Shown here piece after piece: positions 170,061 to 185,267 of a stretch of 248,000 nucleotides of DNA (its first letter is position 1; the number at the start of each line of letters is the position of its first letter). The stretch lies in NCBI RefSeq assembly GCF_000400465.1, contig NW_008806277.1:20001-268000 (forward strand), in the 5' to 3' direction. The DNA comes from Wallemia ichthyophaga EXF-994 (taxonomy: Eukaryota; Fungi; Basidiomycota). A model generated the notes under the pieces. It had not been told where the DNA came from. It made no database searches and saw nothing but the letters and a program-made list of their open reading frames with translations. A program made the translations under genes and the position numbers.

Positions 170061-172413
170061 CTACTTCTTTCCTTGCCTCACTGATAACTTTATCTGATCG
170101 CCATCATCGAGATTGTAACTCGCTATAGTTTTTGAATTGGATAAAGTTATGTTTCCAAAATCTAACTTCATTCTACCAATCGGTGGCCCGCGTTTGCCCG
170201 CTCCATTCTTGTCCTCCAATGCCTCAGATATGTGCTCACGTATCACACCGCTCATTGCTGTCAGTGGAGTTGGAGATAGCTGAACAATCGATCCATCTAG
170301 TCCCCATTCTGAGTTGCTTTGATCCAGCGGAAGTTGGACTTTTAGTGTTACTTGACCTGCTGGATGATAATCCATCCACCTATGGATTGCTCATCAATAA
170401 GAGACACTAACAACAGAAAGTCAACATACTCATCCTCGGTATAATACTGTCCTTCTGGTAGCTTTTGCACTTTAGCGCGCTTAGATTTAACTGCAAATGG
170501 TTCCATTTCAGCTTCATCAGCCGTCCGCACATTGCCAGAATGTGGCATATGAAATTTGGGAACAGAAGGTCCCGATGGTGCTGCTGACATTGTTGCACCC
170601 GATGGATCGTACATGTTTCCATATGAGTTGATTTGCGGACCAGCTGTTGTGGCTTGTGGCGCTTGACTGCTGAGCTGTTAGAAATTTCAACGTTTAATCG
170701 AGACAACCCACTTTATTCCGAGCGTCTGGTTAATTCTTTCAGCTTGGACCTCTGAGTCCGCTTGCGCTTGGTAGCGTTGTGATATACTGTCAGCACTAGC
170801 CGTGTGACCATCCCAGACTCCAGCCTCTTTCCTTCTCTTGACATCTTGAGCTGCTGCTTCAGCCTCCTTCCTTCTAAGCTCGGCTTTCTCTCTATCTTGT
170901 CCGAATATATCTGTACGCCCTTGCGCAAGATTCTTGAGTGAGGAAGCAACGTCTGCACCTTGCTGCAATAGCACTGAAGCTTGACGCCTGCTTTCTGCAT
171001 ACTCCTTCTTCTCTTGCCACTTTGGATCTAAAAGCTCTATACGCAAGTGATTGGCGAATTCCTCGTTCGGCACAAGTGCACCGGAGATTGGTGAGCGTGA
171101 GAAGCCTTGCGGTATCTGTTGCTGTTGCTTTTGTGCTGAAGAAGAAGTAAGTATGTTATAATGGTGTAACAAATACACTCACACTTTGGTACATAATTGG
171201 TCTTGATCTTCATTCCCTCTGGTGCAATTGGAGCTTGAGCAGTCGGTTGTGGAGTATATTGTTGCGGTACATGTCCTTGTCCTTGCTGTGGTGCTGCTTC
171301 CATATTTACATCTTGTGTTGATGTGGATGGTTCGGTGATAATCTCTTCCTCGAGGAGGGACGTCATTCGCTTTTGTGCCATTGCAAGGTTCCTGACTTCC
171401 TTGATAGAGAGAGGAGCAGGCAATTCAAGGACGCTATCAGCTGGAGTGATCTCAATAGTCTCACAAACGACAAAGTCCTGCCAATCAATACTTTGAAATG
171501 CCGCTAAATTGAAATTAGCTCAAGTTGGGGCATATAAACGAGATAAAACCCACCTAACTCCTTTTCAGACTCCTGCTCACGCTTCTTCAAACCATCTCTC
171601 TTATAACTCTCCCATTCAGCACGTAAATTTGCGTTATCAACGAGCTGCTTCTTCTTTTCTGATAGGCTAAGCCTATCAAAGTCATCATCTAAAGGTGCAG
171701 AAGTACCCTTGATAACTTTCATGTACTGTTCAACATAATTGTTAAATAAACCGAATAGACTGTGATTTGGACGCAGGAAATCGAATTGAGGATTACGATT
171801 CTCACGACCACCAAGCATAGAAATAAAAGATTTCCCACGACGAGCAGTGAATAGTGCAGTGAGTCGTATAATATCCCTTAATGCACGTATTAGATTATGA
171901 TTTGATGGGTATCAGGCAGATGATACTCACAAATCAACAGCCAAAGCGTTGTCAGGAATATCAGCACTGAATTCATGCGCTAATGGTTCCTTTGGGATTG
172001 GCTTTGAAGGGTAAGTTGATGGCACTTGTGATATTGAAGGAGTGCTAGCTGCTGATCTACCAAAGGTATCTGAACGAATTTTAGCTCTCTGAATAGCCCT
172101 CCAGCTTCTTAGTTACCTTCTTTATCTCCTGCCTTTACTCTGTCGCACTTCCATTTGTAATAACCGTGATAAGCGTCTGCTGAGTTCAAAAATGCAAATT
172201 TCGCGTTAGATCTTTCTTTCTCTCTAATCTTCTCTTCCAAAAGAGCACCGTGTGGGGAATTTGCGACGTAATTTGCAGTTTTATCAACTATGCCTGGAGA
172301 AGGTGTGAGTGGATGGAGGTTGAGAGGCAATGAGGCGCACTTCTAATATCTGGTGGTGGATATATCATTCCCTCGGGCGGAGGAATTTTTGTAATTTGTG
172401 GATTGCCGTTCAT
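170061..172413 (-). CDS. PRP21: SF3a1/Prp21
   Basis: SURP domains, PQFDFLRPNHSLF, C-terminal ubiquitin-like domain. Confidence 0.88.
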
Positions 172414-172540
172414 CTGTTGGTGGTGGTGGTGAGAGATGGCAAGAGAGATGGTAAGAGATGGAACACAAGGGGAAATAAATGATATAATTATTAATGCGAT
172501 AGTTACAAATATTCGAATACAATTAATTTTAGTCATTAAC

Positions 172541-174580
172541 TCAACACGCTGGCATCTTTGAAACATCAATCACTGCCAATCCTTCATTCTTTGTTCCAAA
172601 TATTATTCTGTTTCCTTCAGGTGCTTGCCATCTTAGATCATATAAGCCATTGCTAGTTATCCAATCTTTCTGTATTTGACCTGTGATTGATTGCCATAAC
172701 GTTATTCTACCATCTGCTCCTCCCACTGCTAACATACGTCCATCCGGGCTGAAATCCGCAGTGAAAACGTGATTCTTTGAGTGTTTACACTTCCAAATTA
172801 ATTCTCCTGATTCTGCATTCCAAAGTCGTACATGTCCATCCATTCCACCTGATAGCAGTAATGGCTTATCTAAGAAGTTGGATTGTGGTGCCCATATTAG
172901 GCATCCTATTTCACGTTCATGTCCCCGCATAACTCTTATGCAATCTGCATCTGGCTGCGGTCTACGATCGTATGGTTCTTCTTTGCTAAACTTCCACACC
173001 CTGATCGTTGCATCATCAGAACCTGAAGCTAGATACTCTCCCGATGGATCCCATCTGACTTGATTTACTTCACGAGTATGCCCATAAAGTGCTTTTATTG
173101 GTTCCGGATCGCCACATTTGAAAACGTAGATGATTCTGTCACCACCAGCGCTATTCCACGTTAACGACGCTTCAATTTTAAGAAACTCACTCACGTTGCT
173201 AATATATCGTTGTCAAGCCAGTCGGCATCAAGTATCGAACCCATGTGGTATTGCCATTGGTGTTCAATATCAAATGTTTGGATGTCCCATACTATCGTGC
173301 GTTTGTCCAATCCAGCACTGGTATATGATATAAGCTTTTATAGGCCATAAATTTGTCAACTTACGTTAAAGCTCGAGTTCCGTCTTTATTAAACTTGACT
173401 GAGAATACTGGGCCTTTGTGCACGCGTTTTTCCATAAGAATATCACCGTTTCTGGTCCATATCCATACGCTACCGTCGTATGCACCAGTCATAATCATTT
173501 CACCGTCCGACTATATGTTGTTAGAATAAACTCAATTTGAAACCGATAACTCACACTCCATGCAATAGTTGTAATATCACGACCATCACCCTTACGAGGT
173601 GGTCCCTTTAACTGCGAACAGTCGATAACTTCAAGGGTCTTTCCCTTCATCTCTCTTCCAACTGCTGGTAGAGTCCATATTTTGAGAATACCGTCAGCAC
173701 CGCTAAATAAAATTAGATCATGATCTGCAATTAAACGTTACTCACCTGCTTGCAGAGACATTGCTATATTTTGGATTAAAAGCTGTTGCGTAAACCTGGA
173801 CTGATTAGATTGATTGTGGTAATAAAGTGATAAACACACATTGCCCATGTGACCCTCCAACCAAATAGCTTCCGCTTTTGTAAGTTTCTTCATCTGTTCA
173901 CGTGGTGCTTCACCTGGTTTAAATTTAGGCTTTGGTGGGGTAGGAACAGGGCCATTGTTAGATGATCTAACTTTGACCTTGTTAACATCTCTAGCTGTTC
174001 TTCTGTATTTGTCATTAGCTTTTTCGGTATCCATTGATGCAGAAGAATCATCGTCAGCTTCATCGGAAGAGTCAGCATGTTTTCTCTTTGAGTTGGCAAT
174101 TTGAGTAGAAGGGTCAACTATAATTTGAGCGTTTGCAGGTCTATCACTAGCCATAGGAGCAATGAGTGCAGGTGGAGGAGGTTGAGGGATTGAAGCATCT
174201 GCAATTGAAAAGTCTTGAACGTCGACATCCTTGAGAAGCCTGAGAGGTCTTTCATAAGGAACAATGGTGCCATCCTATTGTTTGAAAATAAAGTGAAAAT
174301 TTGCAAGACTATGGTTAGTAACGATAGCGAGAAAGAAAAGGCGAAACTAACGGTACGAACAGATCTTTCAATTTCATCGTATAATAAACCTTTTTGAAGG
174401 TATTTAATAAGTAAACCACGTTCCAAAGGGCCATTAGGTTTAGTGAGGGGTAGACTAGCTTCGGTATTGAGGGTGAAAGCTGTGTGATTAAAGCCTTAAA
174501 GCCTGTTAAATAATAAATATTTAAAAGAACTAAAATTTACCAGAATCCTGCAAGTAAGATAATATTAAAAGGTTCATCTC
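172541..174580 (-). CDS. SIF2: LisH-WD40 protein TBL1/Sif2
   Basis: LIKYLQKGLLY; WD repeats. Confidence 0.75.
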
Positions 174581-174929
174581 TTGTGAGGAAATTGCAGGTG
174601 CTCTAAGTGAATCCTTTTGATTTGAGTAGGTGGGTGGTAGATCACCATTGAAATTAGAATCCATTCTTATATTTTATCGATTTTTGTATTTTATTTTAAA
174701 CTTAAATTGATCAAGTTGATGATGATGATGTATAAGAATCTCTCCCGGTGAATCTATGCTAAAATTTTCACTTAGTTTCTTTAGTTCAAATTACTAAAAA
174801 ATATACAATATTCTAAACGCCATAGCTCATCTTTGACCCTTGCATATTACCAAAAAAAAAACTTCATAAATTATCAATCACTTAAACGCGTTGATAAAGG
174901 TGTAGATATGATAAATTAATGTAATTCTT

Positions 174930-177017
174930 ACCAATGATGAATTTATCTTACGCAAATTTACAACATTGAGGGTCAGACATATATCGGCATGTACGACAGT
175001 TACGTGCGAGTATTTGTTTATCTAGCAAAATACCAAGCAGGTCTATAAAATTCTAAGGAAAAATGTTTATTGTGTTTAAATTTTGTAAACCAATCTAAAT
175101 ACTGGTTTTAGCATGTTAAATATCACCATCATATTTATACCCAAATGGAAAGGCGTACAAGGCTGCAGAATTCTAATACTATCAACTTAAACGCGGAGGA
175201 CGTCGAAGCTGTAATATCTCATGGCACACACGAGCAGATTACGGCTTGTCTGCGTGTACTCCTTGAGAATAGAGATACCGTGAGCTATACTTTGATTTAC
175301 TGCAAAATCTAACAACCAATCACAGACTATCACTGATAACAAAGACTTGAATGATCAATTATCAGATTATCAATACCAACTCGATACCAGTACCCAAGCT
175401 TTTGTTCAGTCTCAATCACAGCTGAATGATGCTCTCGCCGATCAAGCTGCTATCGAAGAAGATGCGCTTTCTAGACAAGTTCAACTAGAACTTTTATCTT
175501 CAAAAGTTGAAGCTTTTCAGCGTAAAGAGAATGAACTGCACAGGTCTCATCAGATTCAACTTGATAAGTTCGATAACGATAGAAAGTCTTGGTTTGAATT
175601 GGAGTCTGGCCTTCGAGGTAAAGTTACTTCCCTCAGTGCTAAAATTCTGGCTGCAAATAGAAGCGCCAAATATGATGCTACTCCCCCAACTTCCCCTTCT
175701 AGTCCTAATTCTTCCAATTCCGCTCCTATTATCAAGTCTATGAGTATTGAGAGTGCTTCAGAGAGGTCTGCTAGAGAGGCTACTCTAGAAAAGCTTCAAC
175801 ACTCACTCGACATGGAGAAGCAAAGAAGATCTATCATTGAACGCAGCGAGCATTCCCTAAAGTTTGAGCTAGATCAATCAAAGCGCTCCGTTGAAGAACT
175901 AAGATCTGAGAACTCTAGTTACATGTTGCTTTTACAAGAGCGTACATTCTCCGGTGACCTCCTCGGCTCAAGTGTGTTCGACACGATGCGTGACTTTGAC
176001 GATACCGGTATTGCTGTCATAGCTGAAGAGCCAGAGAATGACTCTATTGATCACAGTGATGATGAAAATAGTGAGCAATTCACTCCGAATCGCAGAAGAG
176101 CCCGTAGACGCGGTCCTGTTGATTCACGCAGGAAGCCCCAGCCAAGCCAGTCACCTAAGCCACTCAGTGAAGAGAATGGTGGTAACATTGGTGTGAGTGA
176201 GATCTATTCTTTGTCAATTGTGCTGACTAATGCAGGTCACCGGCCCCGGATATGATCTCGCTGCGGAATTGGGTAGGGCCAAGCTCGATACAAGCGACAG
176301 AGAGGAAACTTTAGATTGTGAGTGTGTCATGCTGGAAAGGTCTCATCTAACACCCCTAAAGCCCTTAAGAATGACAATAAAACACTCAAAGAAGCGAACA
176401 AGGCGCTGACGACATATGTCTCAAAAATTATCGAAAAGATTATCAATCAAGAAGGTTTTGAACATATTCTTGCAAGTGACTACCGCGATCCTGAGCAACG
176501 TGAAAGTATCAGATTGAAGCGTTCTCAAACCATGTCATCTAGTGCGGGGAGATCTAGCTTAGGTGGAGTTTCGGATACATTACTCAACTCACGCAAGAAA
176601 ACTACGGATAGCAACACTTCGACTGTTCGTACTAGAACTCATCATAGGGGAAGTAATGATAAGCGGAAAAGTTTGTCCATAGATTGGTCAAACATAGGAG
176701 GATTCTTCAAAGGAAATCCAAATCCAAATGAAAGCACAGCGCAGAAGCTGCCAAAGCAGGAAGAAGATGAAGATGACCGTAAAGAAAGGGACAAAGTGCG
176801 AGCAACGATGAAAAAGATATCATCAGAATCATTAAAGACTGATGGTCAGTTCACAAGATTTGATAACGAAGGAAGGGCAGATGTAAGAACAAGATCAGGC
176901 TCCGTTGGTACTGGAGCATTAGCAAACTGGCGTAAGAAGAGAGCTGAACGTGCCGAACTTGTTTCAAAGAGTTCTGGTAGCGCTTTAACAGACATGACTA
177001 ACGGCAGCGCACAGTGA
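174930..177017 (+). CDS. Coiled-coil hypothetical protein
   Basis: Long coiled-coil exons; LKEANKALTTYVSKII. Confidence 0.6.
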
Positions 177018-177097
177018 GGATGAGATCACAATAAAAAGATAATTTGTATACCCATTGGATTCATTTAAATATAAACCTATCTTTATCAAGTACGGTG

Positions 177098-179214
177098 ATG
177101 TTGCGATCGACGTCGAGGCTGCTCAATGCCACACAAGGCGTATCTGGGAGGTATATTTGCACAAGTAGAATAGTAACTCAATTAAATCAGGATGAGGAGT
177201 TACAGAAGCTTTATCGGGACATTGAGCTCCATAATAATACATCCACAGATCTTTCCAATGTTATACATCCTGGGCTTTGGGAGAGTGAAGAAAGGATCGA
177301 GACTAACTCACCTGCTTACAAGTTTGGCAAGTACGGCGCTGGTCAGGTAGTCATCCCAGATTCAGTTGATAGCACCATGTCCGAAAGACTGGCGAATACT
177401 AATAAGGCTGAGCTAAGGCAGCAAACAAGGAGTATTTACAAGCTACTTGAAGTAAACAAGAACCTGTCTCCAAAGCAAATCCCAAGATTTATCGCATATA
177501 CACGTCCTGATCAGCCATTAGCATATGCATTGGCTATCGGACCTGGTGTTTATGCGGCTGTTTATAGCGTAATGAGGGAGATTCGAAGAAGAGCATCCAG
177601 TGAAATAGATGGTTGGCTTCCTCACAGGGTAATCGAGTTGGGTTCAGGTGCTGGAATATCTGCTTGGTGAGTCCATCTCATCCAATGAGATACAATCGAT
177701 TTATAAAGGCATACAGGGCAACTATGGATGCCTTCAAGTATGGCGGTAACTCTCACTCGATAGCGGCAGAAGATTTCCAAGATAATGATGAGACTGCAGT
177801 TGTGAATGGTAGTAACGCAGACGAACCTGAGCTTCATCCAGTGCAACAGTATGATGCATTTGACCCTAGCGAGATGATGAACGATTTCAATAGGCAGCTA
177901 TGGAAAGACGCTCAACGGAAGGCTCAGCTGAATGTCACAAGAAAGTTCATCTCATCTAGATTCAAATCAGAGGATCCAGTGGAGGTGAGTTGTTAGTATG
178001 CTGCATCGCAATCTACTAAATTAAGGCAGTCATCGAAAACCCTCGCCCTATCAACTTTCACGCTCTCAGAATTGGGTAATCCTGCAGACAGACGGGAGGT
178101 AATACACAGAATGTGGAAGTCAAATGCAGACATGATGGTAATAATAGATAGGGGAACGCGCGGAGGATATGAGCGTGTAATGGAAGCTCGCCAACAGCTA
178201 TTAGATCTCGGAGGCACATCTGAAACTTCAAGTCACGTATTGGCGCCATGTCCACACGATGGCAATTGCCCATTGCTCAATACCAAGGACTTCTGTCACT
178301 TCAGTCAACGCTTACAAAGACCTGCTTATCAGCGTTATATCAAGAAGGCCAAGTTGGGTACAGAAGACCAAAAGTACTCGTATGTTGTGGTTAGACGAGG
178401 TCAGAGACCATCGTCAGAGAGCAGTAAAGCACTTAATCAATTGTCAAAGTACAGTCCAAGCGAGTTGATAAAGTTGCAGAAACTGGAAGCACGCAAGAAT
178501 CTTGAAGTTGTTGGTGAGATTGAGAATGTTAATGAGATGATGATGTCGACAGCGGAATCTACACCAAATCCAGAATTGTTGGACAGCTCGTCAACACCAA
178601 TAGTAGAAACAGCATCAAATGCTCAAATAGATACAGATGTTGCTCTGCAAGAAGACCTCACAAACAATCCTACATATGATAACAGAGATCTGCTATTAAA
178701 GGATAGTTTCAACTGGTCTAGAGTAATTTATCAGCCAATGAAACGTAAAGGACACGTGATATTCGACACATGCTCTCAAAGAGAACGTATAGAAAGATTC
178801 GTCATAACTAAGCGAGACGGCGATAGTGCTTATAGAGATTCTCGCAAAGCAAAATGGGGTGACTTATTTCCACACGATCCATCAGGCACTGTTCAAGTCA
178901 AGAATGGTGGCATAAAGCGTACAATGCCAACACTACCTGAAGGAGTAATTGATGAAAATCAACTGAAACCAGAACATAAAGATGCTGCATATACTGATGA
179001 TAATGGCAAAGTTGTTATAGATTCGTATGATCATGATCATGCTCACAATGAACGCACTCATAAGCGTAGAGTTAGAGGTATAGGATCAGCTAGGAAGTTG
179101 CGTAAAGGAAAGGGTGCACGTATGGCTGATTTGATGGAGAAGAAGATGGTGGATGAGCGATTGGAGGGTATAGCGAGAGACGCTACTGATGAGATTATGA
179201 GGAATCGTTACTGA
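177098..179214 (+). CDS. RSM22: Mitoribosome assembly methyltransferase-like Rsm22
   Basis: VIELGSGAG, APCPHDGNCP..CHFSQR. Confidence 0.85.
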
Positions 179215-179427
179215 TGGGTCTGAATTTCATACCAGTGTTTTTATAGCATTGCATTATTGTCTAATAATCACGCATTTACTCGAACTCAATGCGTATATAG
179301 TCGATTTACAAGATTATGAGAAATATGAATGATAATGCAACATAAGAATTAGTCGAAAATGATGGTAGAGTTCCAAGATGATAGGAAAAGTGAAAGGTTT
179401 TGTCTATAAATAAGATAAGAAGTAAAA

Positions 179428-181625
179428 TTATTCTTGTTTAATACCCAAGCCAATAAGTTCTTCCTTTGAATCAACGTTCTTCAAAGGTGGAAGAACGTTA
179501 TGAGATTCAGAGTTACTCTCATCGTATTCCTTGTTCTGACGCGGACCAGCTTCACCGCCACATAAGTCAAGAATAGACTGTCTCCTTGAAGCATTGGTAT
179601 CTGGTCTTTCTTCATACTCTTCATAATCTTCATCTTCCTCTTCAACTTCTTCACCGTCAGCTCTAGTGATTGCATCGAATTTGAAAACATTTGAAGCTTG
179701 CTGTGATTGATTAAATTGATTTTGATTCATAATCGATGATGATTCGTTGTTCGCAGAAGATAACGGTCTCAAAGCTTCAGAAGAAGACACTGGTCTTGAC
179801 GAACCGAATGGTACGTGAATACCAGCCGAAGAAGGTGGTGGTAGATATGGAACGCTATCATTGAAACCTACATTACTCTTCCTTGATGATCTAGGTCTGA
179901 TTGAATATTCATCCCATGTTGTACCACCATTATTGTTACTTTGTTGAGCAGGCTCAGATTGGTTTGGTTGATTATCTGATGGTGGTTGATAACCAAACAT
180001 TCCATTGGATTGGAAGCTATTCTTGCGGAAGGGTAGTGGTTGAAGGTTTGAAGGAATTTGATAAGTTGGATCAAAGTAGCTAGTTGCAGTAAAGTACTCA
180101 GAAGTAGATGGCCTATGACCTTGGCTGGAATGTGGCTTATAGGTTGTAGTTTGAGTTGGAGATGGTAACAGGGGAGCCTGATAGATTTCTTGCTGCTGTT
180201 GTTGTTGTTGCTGTTGCATTTGATGATGATGTTGCAGTTGATGTTGACGCTGCAATTGCTGTTGATGATGCATTTGTTGATGCTGGTGCTGTTCAACAAC
180301 TGAAGCTATTGAAGGAAGCCTTCCTGCTTCTTGTGTACTTTGAATACTTTCAGGGGTATCTCTAACTAAAGGAATCGGGGTAGAAGTTGGCGTTGGTCTC
180401 AAAGCATGAGGAATAGCAGGAGTTTGATTATGCGGTGACCATTCTTCTAAAACAGGCGGAGCAGCGGAAGAAGCTGAAGTTGAAGAATTTGAAGGATGAG
180501 CATCCATTATTGGAGCTGAAGATGAAGCATAAGCTGTGTGTGGATGTGATTTTGTAGGCATTGAAGCTGAATGCAACATTGGATGAGACTGATGAGGTTG
180601 TTGAATTGAGGCAGCAGGAGAAGGAATTAGCGGTTGAGCACTTTGAGGTTGATACATATTAGATGACCAATTGAAACCGTTCCCTTGTAGAACTATATGT
180701 TGATTTGGGAAAGTTGGACGGTGTTGAATGTGATCAGTTGGTGGAGTGTGTGTCATATGAGCTTGTGGTAGAGGAGGTTGAGCAGAGGTAGTTGGTATAG
180801 GAGAGCTACTTGGCGTTGAAGACATCGTTGCTAGTTTCTTAGTTGTTTGACGCTTTCTACCTCTTTGAGATTCAGTTGGAACGGCGGAGCCATCACGACG
180901 ATCAACGACTTGAGCATCAGCAACTTGCTTTTCTGAAGCGTTTGCAGCAAGTTGGGAATGTAAGTTAGACATTCCCTTTAATAAGCTATCATTCATTTCT
181001 GGTTGATCAGCGTGTACCTGTGCCTTGAATCAGGATACGTAACTGTAAAGAGAAAGTGTGTACCTACAGTGCCTGCGTGTTGTCGAAGGTTATCTAATCT
181101 AGAAAATGCTTTACCGCAATGGCATTTCTAAAAAATTTAGTTAGTAATTCGACTTCCTTTTTTTTTTAAAAAAAAAAGAAATATAGAACGTACGAATGGG
181201 CGTTCACCCGTGTGCTTTCTAACGTGTCTAGCCAAGTGTTCAGAGCGAGTGAATTGCATACTGCAGTTACCATAACCAGTACATTGGAATAATTTTGAAG
181301 GCTGGCTGCGAGGTTTGCGCTGTGGACCCACGTGATTTGTATCAGCTTTTCGTCTGCGACCTTGAGCCTTTGGAGGGGAAGGATCTTGAAGGGGTTCTTG
181401 GATAGAAAGTGGAGGTTGTGAGGGTTGTTGTAATGGTGGTGTTTGGTGGTTAATGAGTTGTTGGGTTTGTTGGGGTTGTGGAGGTTGTGGAGGTTGTTGT
181501 GCACGTTGAGCTTGTTGCTGTTGTTGCTGTTGTTGAGCTTCAAATTGCTGCGGGTTATAATAGAAAGGATGCTGCTGATTATCTACGTAGTATCCCCTAG
181601 GATAATACTGGAACTGATGATTCAT
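179428..181625 (-). CDS. C2H2 zinc-finger transcription factor
   Basis: [20 protein letters not shown]; Q-rich tail. Confidence 0.85.
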
Positions 181626-182041
181626 TGTACTTTGTTTAATGAAATTCCTTTATAGAAGCTAAAGCTTTTAAATTTCAAGTCAAATTCAATAATTTACTGC
181701 TAAATAAGCAAATACAGGTTGTGCCTGCCTTTATTGCTTATGGTTGAACAGAAAGAATGGCTGACCTGAGTTAGTTACCCAAGGTACATAAAAAATGATT
181801 AGAAATTTATTGTTATGTGTTAGTATTTATGAAGAGTAGGTGTCGCTTCTTATTCATATCTATTCTTAAAAACTTTATTCTTCATTCGTCCAACTCTCAG
181901 CCAATCAGCTCAATTGTTCAGGACACAAGGGCGATTCAAAGTTAGCCACTCTTGAGTACATATTTAATCATATCCACCTGTGATAATACAATTTATTAAT
182001 TCAATAAGCATAAAACTCATTTTAGCTTATGGTCGAACGAA

Positions 182042-182968
182042 TTATAACTTCAAGTCATTGAGAATGTTGATCAAATCATTATTACCACCTAGCTTAATAA
182101 TCTCATCAATTGCTTGCTGATGAAGGTGGTTTATAACAGATAAAGTAAAATCAGCAGATTTAGTTTTGGTATTGAGGTAGTTGATAAGGTATAGCTTTAA
182201 ATCATCATCTTTAGTGCGTTGTTTGAGTATATTTATAATTTGATTAGATTTATTATCTGTTAGAATTCCATGTATTATGGGATAACTGAACTTTCCTTCA
182301 GATATATCTTCAGCGAATCCTTTGTTCTTGGTGTAAGATGATTCGAATAGGTTGCAATAATCATCACGTATTTGAAACAGAACACCAATAATGTTAATCA
182401 AAGGGATTAGATTGAGATTTGATGGAGATTTTGATAACATCAATCTCACTGCGAGTCTTAGTAAACCACCAGTTTTATTATTAACCATTTCCAAGTATTC
182501 CTTTGTAGATGGGCAAATGTGATTATCTCTAAAGTATAGATCCATACCTTGACCTCTGTGTAAATTGATAAGTTCTTGATTAACGATATTGATCAGATTG
182601 AAATCTTCAAGGGAGTGTAAATCGGAGAGTGCTTGGAAGTAGATGTAGTTTGCGGTATTAATTGTGGAAGGTATGCCATATATTCTATGAGCAACAGGTA
182701 AACCTCTCCTCTTATCGGAGTCATCTTCAATGTCATCAATCAATAGACTAGCGTTGTGAAGCTTATCAATGACATTTGTGATAATTGAAAGATGAGTCTT
182801 ATCCAAATTTAACCAAATATTGAAAGCATCTATCAATTTCAATCTAAATTGTTTGCCTTGATTGCTATTTAAATAAACAAAAGGCTCTAAAAGCTTATTC
182901 TCATTATGTCTACTCCAATTAAAGTCTAAATTTTTATTCAAATTATCAAATTCGTGCAAATTGACCAT
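182042..182968 (-). CDS. BTS1: Geranylgeranyl diphosphate synthase
   Basis: LIDDIEDDS.KRRG, QIRDDY, EDISEGK. Confidence 0.9.
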   Translation of the reverse strand: MVNLHEFDNLNKNLDFNWSRHNENKLLEPFVYLNSNQGKQFRLKLIDAFNIWLNLDKTHLSIITNVIDKLHNASLLIDDIEDDSDKRRGLPVAHRIYGIPSTINTANYIYFQALSDLHSLEDFNLINIVNQELINLHRGQGMDLYFRDNHICPSTKEYLEMVNNKTGGLLRLAVRLMLSKSPSNLNLIPLINIIGVLFQIRDDYCNLFESSYTKNKGFAEDISEGKFSYPIIHGILTDNKSNQIINILKQRTKDDDLKLYLINYLNTKTKSADFTLSVINHLHQQAIDEIIKLGGNNDLINILNDLKL

Positions 182969-182987
182969 AACCTTGGTTGTAAATACA

Positions 182988-183340
182988 ATGAGTGGATTGA
183001 GATTGTTAATAGAAAAGAGATCCACAATATTTAATCAAAATTTAAACCCTTTGAATATTAGGAATGGCTTCAAGTACCTCAATAAAAGATTGATTGGTCC
183101 AAAGGCCTTGGAGTATTACCCACCTGCGATTGATATTAGATTATTCAAGCAACTCAACAATCTTCCTTCTACTTTCGTTACAAATAAAGAGAAGCAGAGA
183201 TTGTTAGACGTTGATGCAAGGAAGAGAAGGGGTAAATCTCCACCAAAGAAGGGTGAGTGGGCTATTATCTAGCGTAACCATGTCTAACAGTAATTGCACT
183301 ACAGGACAAGGCAGAAGATCAAGTATGAAGAAGAAGTAAT
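182988..183340 (+). CDS. RSM27: Mitoribosomal protein mS33
   Basis: IFNQNLNP..KYL..RLIGP..YYP; RRGKSPPKKG. Confidence 0.8.
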
Positions 183341-183900
183341 TATAACATTAAATTAATATCTTATCTTAGCTTAGTATTTCAAAATGATGTAAAGCGCGTG
183401 AATGATCTGATATAGGTGTGAGCGCGGGAGAGCGAATTCAAAGGAATAAAAAAGCCGCTTACACCAGGAATGTATCCCAAAATGGTCAATAAGATGTTGA
183501 TCCAGAAATCTGCGGCACATCCACGTTCTAAGAACACACCAATTGGTGGTATAAAGATTGCGAAAATAATTCTATAATGTGTGAAATTTGGTAGTCATAG
183601 TGGCTCATAACTCACTTAATGATATCCTGCGTATAGGTCAGCGATCGTCAGCGTAAGAATACTCCCCCACTCACTCTTTAAAATTCATTAGGCTGTGTAC
183701 TCTAACCAACGCTATTGAAAACTTACGAGCAAGTAAAAGGCATTCTATAGCCTTAATTAGAAAATAAGCCGTATAAGCCCCTTTGAAACTTACTCTTATT
183801 TATAAAAGCTGATCAACGTAGCACTATAAGCCAAGGCCGCCCGAACTAATTCAAATTCCAACAACTCCATTTAAACGTCATCTACAATTAAAAATAGAAT

Positions 183901-185267
183901 TTAAAGCTTATCATCTCCGAATAGTAAGCTAATAGACTCTCCATTATGTTGTCTCCTGATTGCCTCTCCAATCGTCGCGCTAACATCCATCACGTCAAGT
184001 TTTTCACCCAATTTCTCTTTATTCTCCACTTGGGGAATTGTGTTTGTCACTGCGATCTTTTTTATTGGTAGACTTGGAATTATTTCCATCGCTGATTCTG
184101 ACATTAATCCTATAAATATCATTTCCTCAGCTTGGCATTAGCTACGCATAACGTTCTTCTCACCATGTGATACTATAGCGTACACCGCAGTAGCACCCTT
184201 CTTGGCTAACTCAGTTGAAGCCAACTTCATCGTTTGGGCTGAGACTACCATATCATCAACCAACAGAGCCACCTTGCCTTGTACGTTTCCAACGACTACG
184301 TCCATATGGTCCTCCTCTTTGTCATCGCCATTACGGACTCTTGATCTATGAATCAATCCAAAGTTGACATTCAATCTGTCTGCTAACGCTGTGGCTCTGT
184401 ATTTAAATTGATATTGAGATTCCAATCCCAAAACACCAAACACACCTCTTAGCACCACCTGCATCAGGTGAAAACACCACTGCATTCTCCCAATCTGGAA
184501 CGGATGTCTTGATGTAGTTGATCATAATTGGTTCAGTGTACCTGTACGTGTATCAACTTGAACCCCACATCACAGCTATTATCACTAACAAGTTGTCAAC
184601 TGGGATATCAAAGAATCCCTGAGCAATATTAGCCAATTGAATGATAGAAGTCTTTACCCACTTGAATTTGTGATGCGTGGAGATCCAAAGTGATGACGTG
184701 ATCACATCCAGCAGTGGTGAGCATGTTAGCGACCAATTTAGCAGTCTGATTTGTTAGAAATGTGAATGCCGTAACAATTCACTCACTATTGGTGCTCTTG
184801 ATTTATCCTTTCTGTCTTGTCTAGCGTATGGATAATTTGGGATAACTGCCGTAATACGTCTAGCGGAGGCAGTTTTACAGGCTGAGATGGGAGATCAGGG
184901 CTAGCTGATGGCCTCAATGTCAACCTACCATTTGCCAATATAAGCAACTCCATTAAGCTATCGTTTATATCCCCACATCCAGATTGTATGATGAAAACGT
185001 CTTCCTCTCTAACACTCTCACCGATTCTCACGTTAATCTCTTGATTTGAGAATTTATTTACAACGCAAGGCGATAAATTCAATCCAAGTCTGCGGCTATC
185101 AGATTTTACGCTGATTGCTATTAGCTCATAGCCCACCTCTCAGAGACTTCTTTAGCCAATTCTGGGTGACTGTTGCCTGTAAATTCATCTTCTTAGATTT
185201 CTCACGCTCTATTTTCCTCTACCAGATTAATCTCACCAGTTAATATCTTGATTGTATCAGGCCTCAT
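183901..185267 (-). CDS. Ribose-phosphate pyrophosphokinase
   Basis: GNSHPEL, LLVDDM, VTNTIP. Confidence 0.88.
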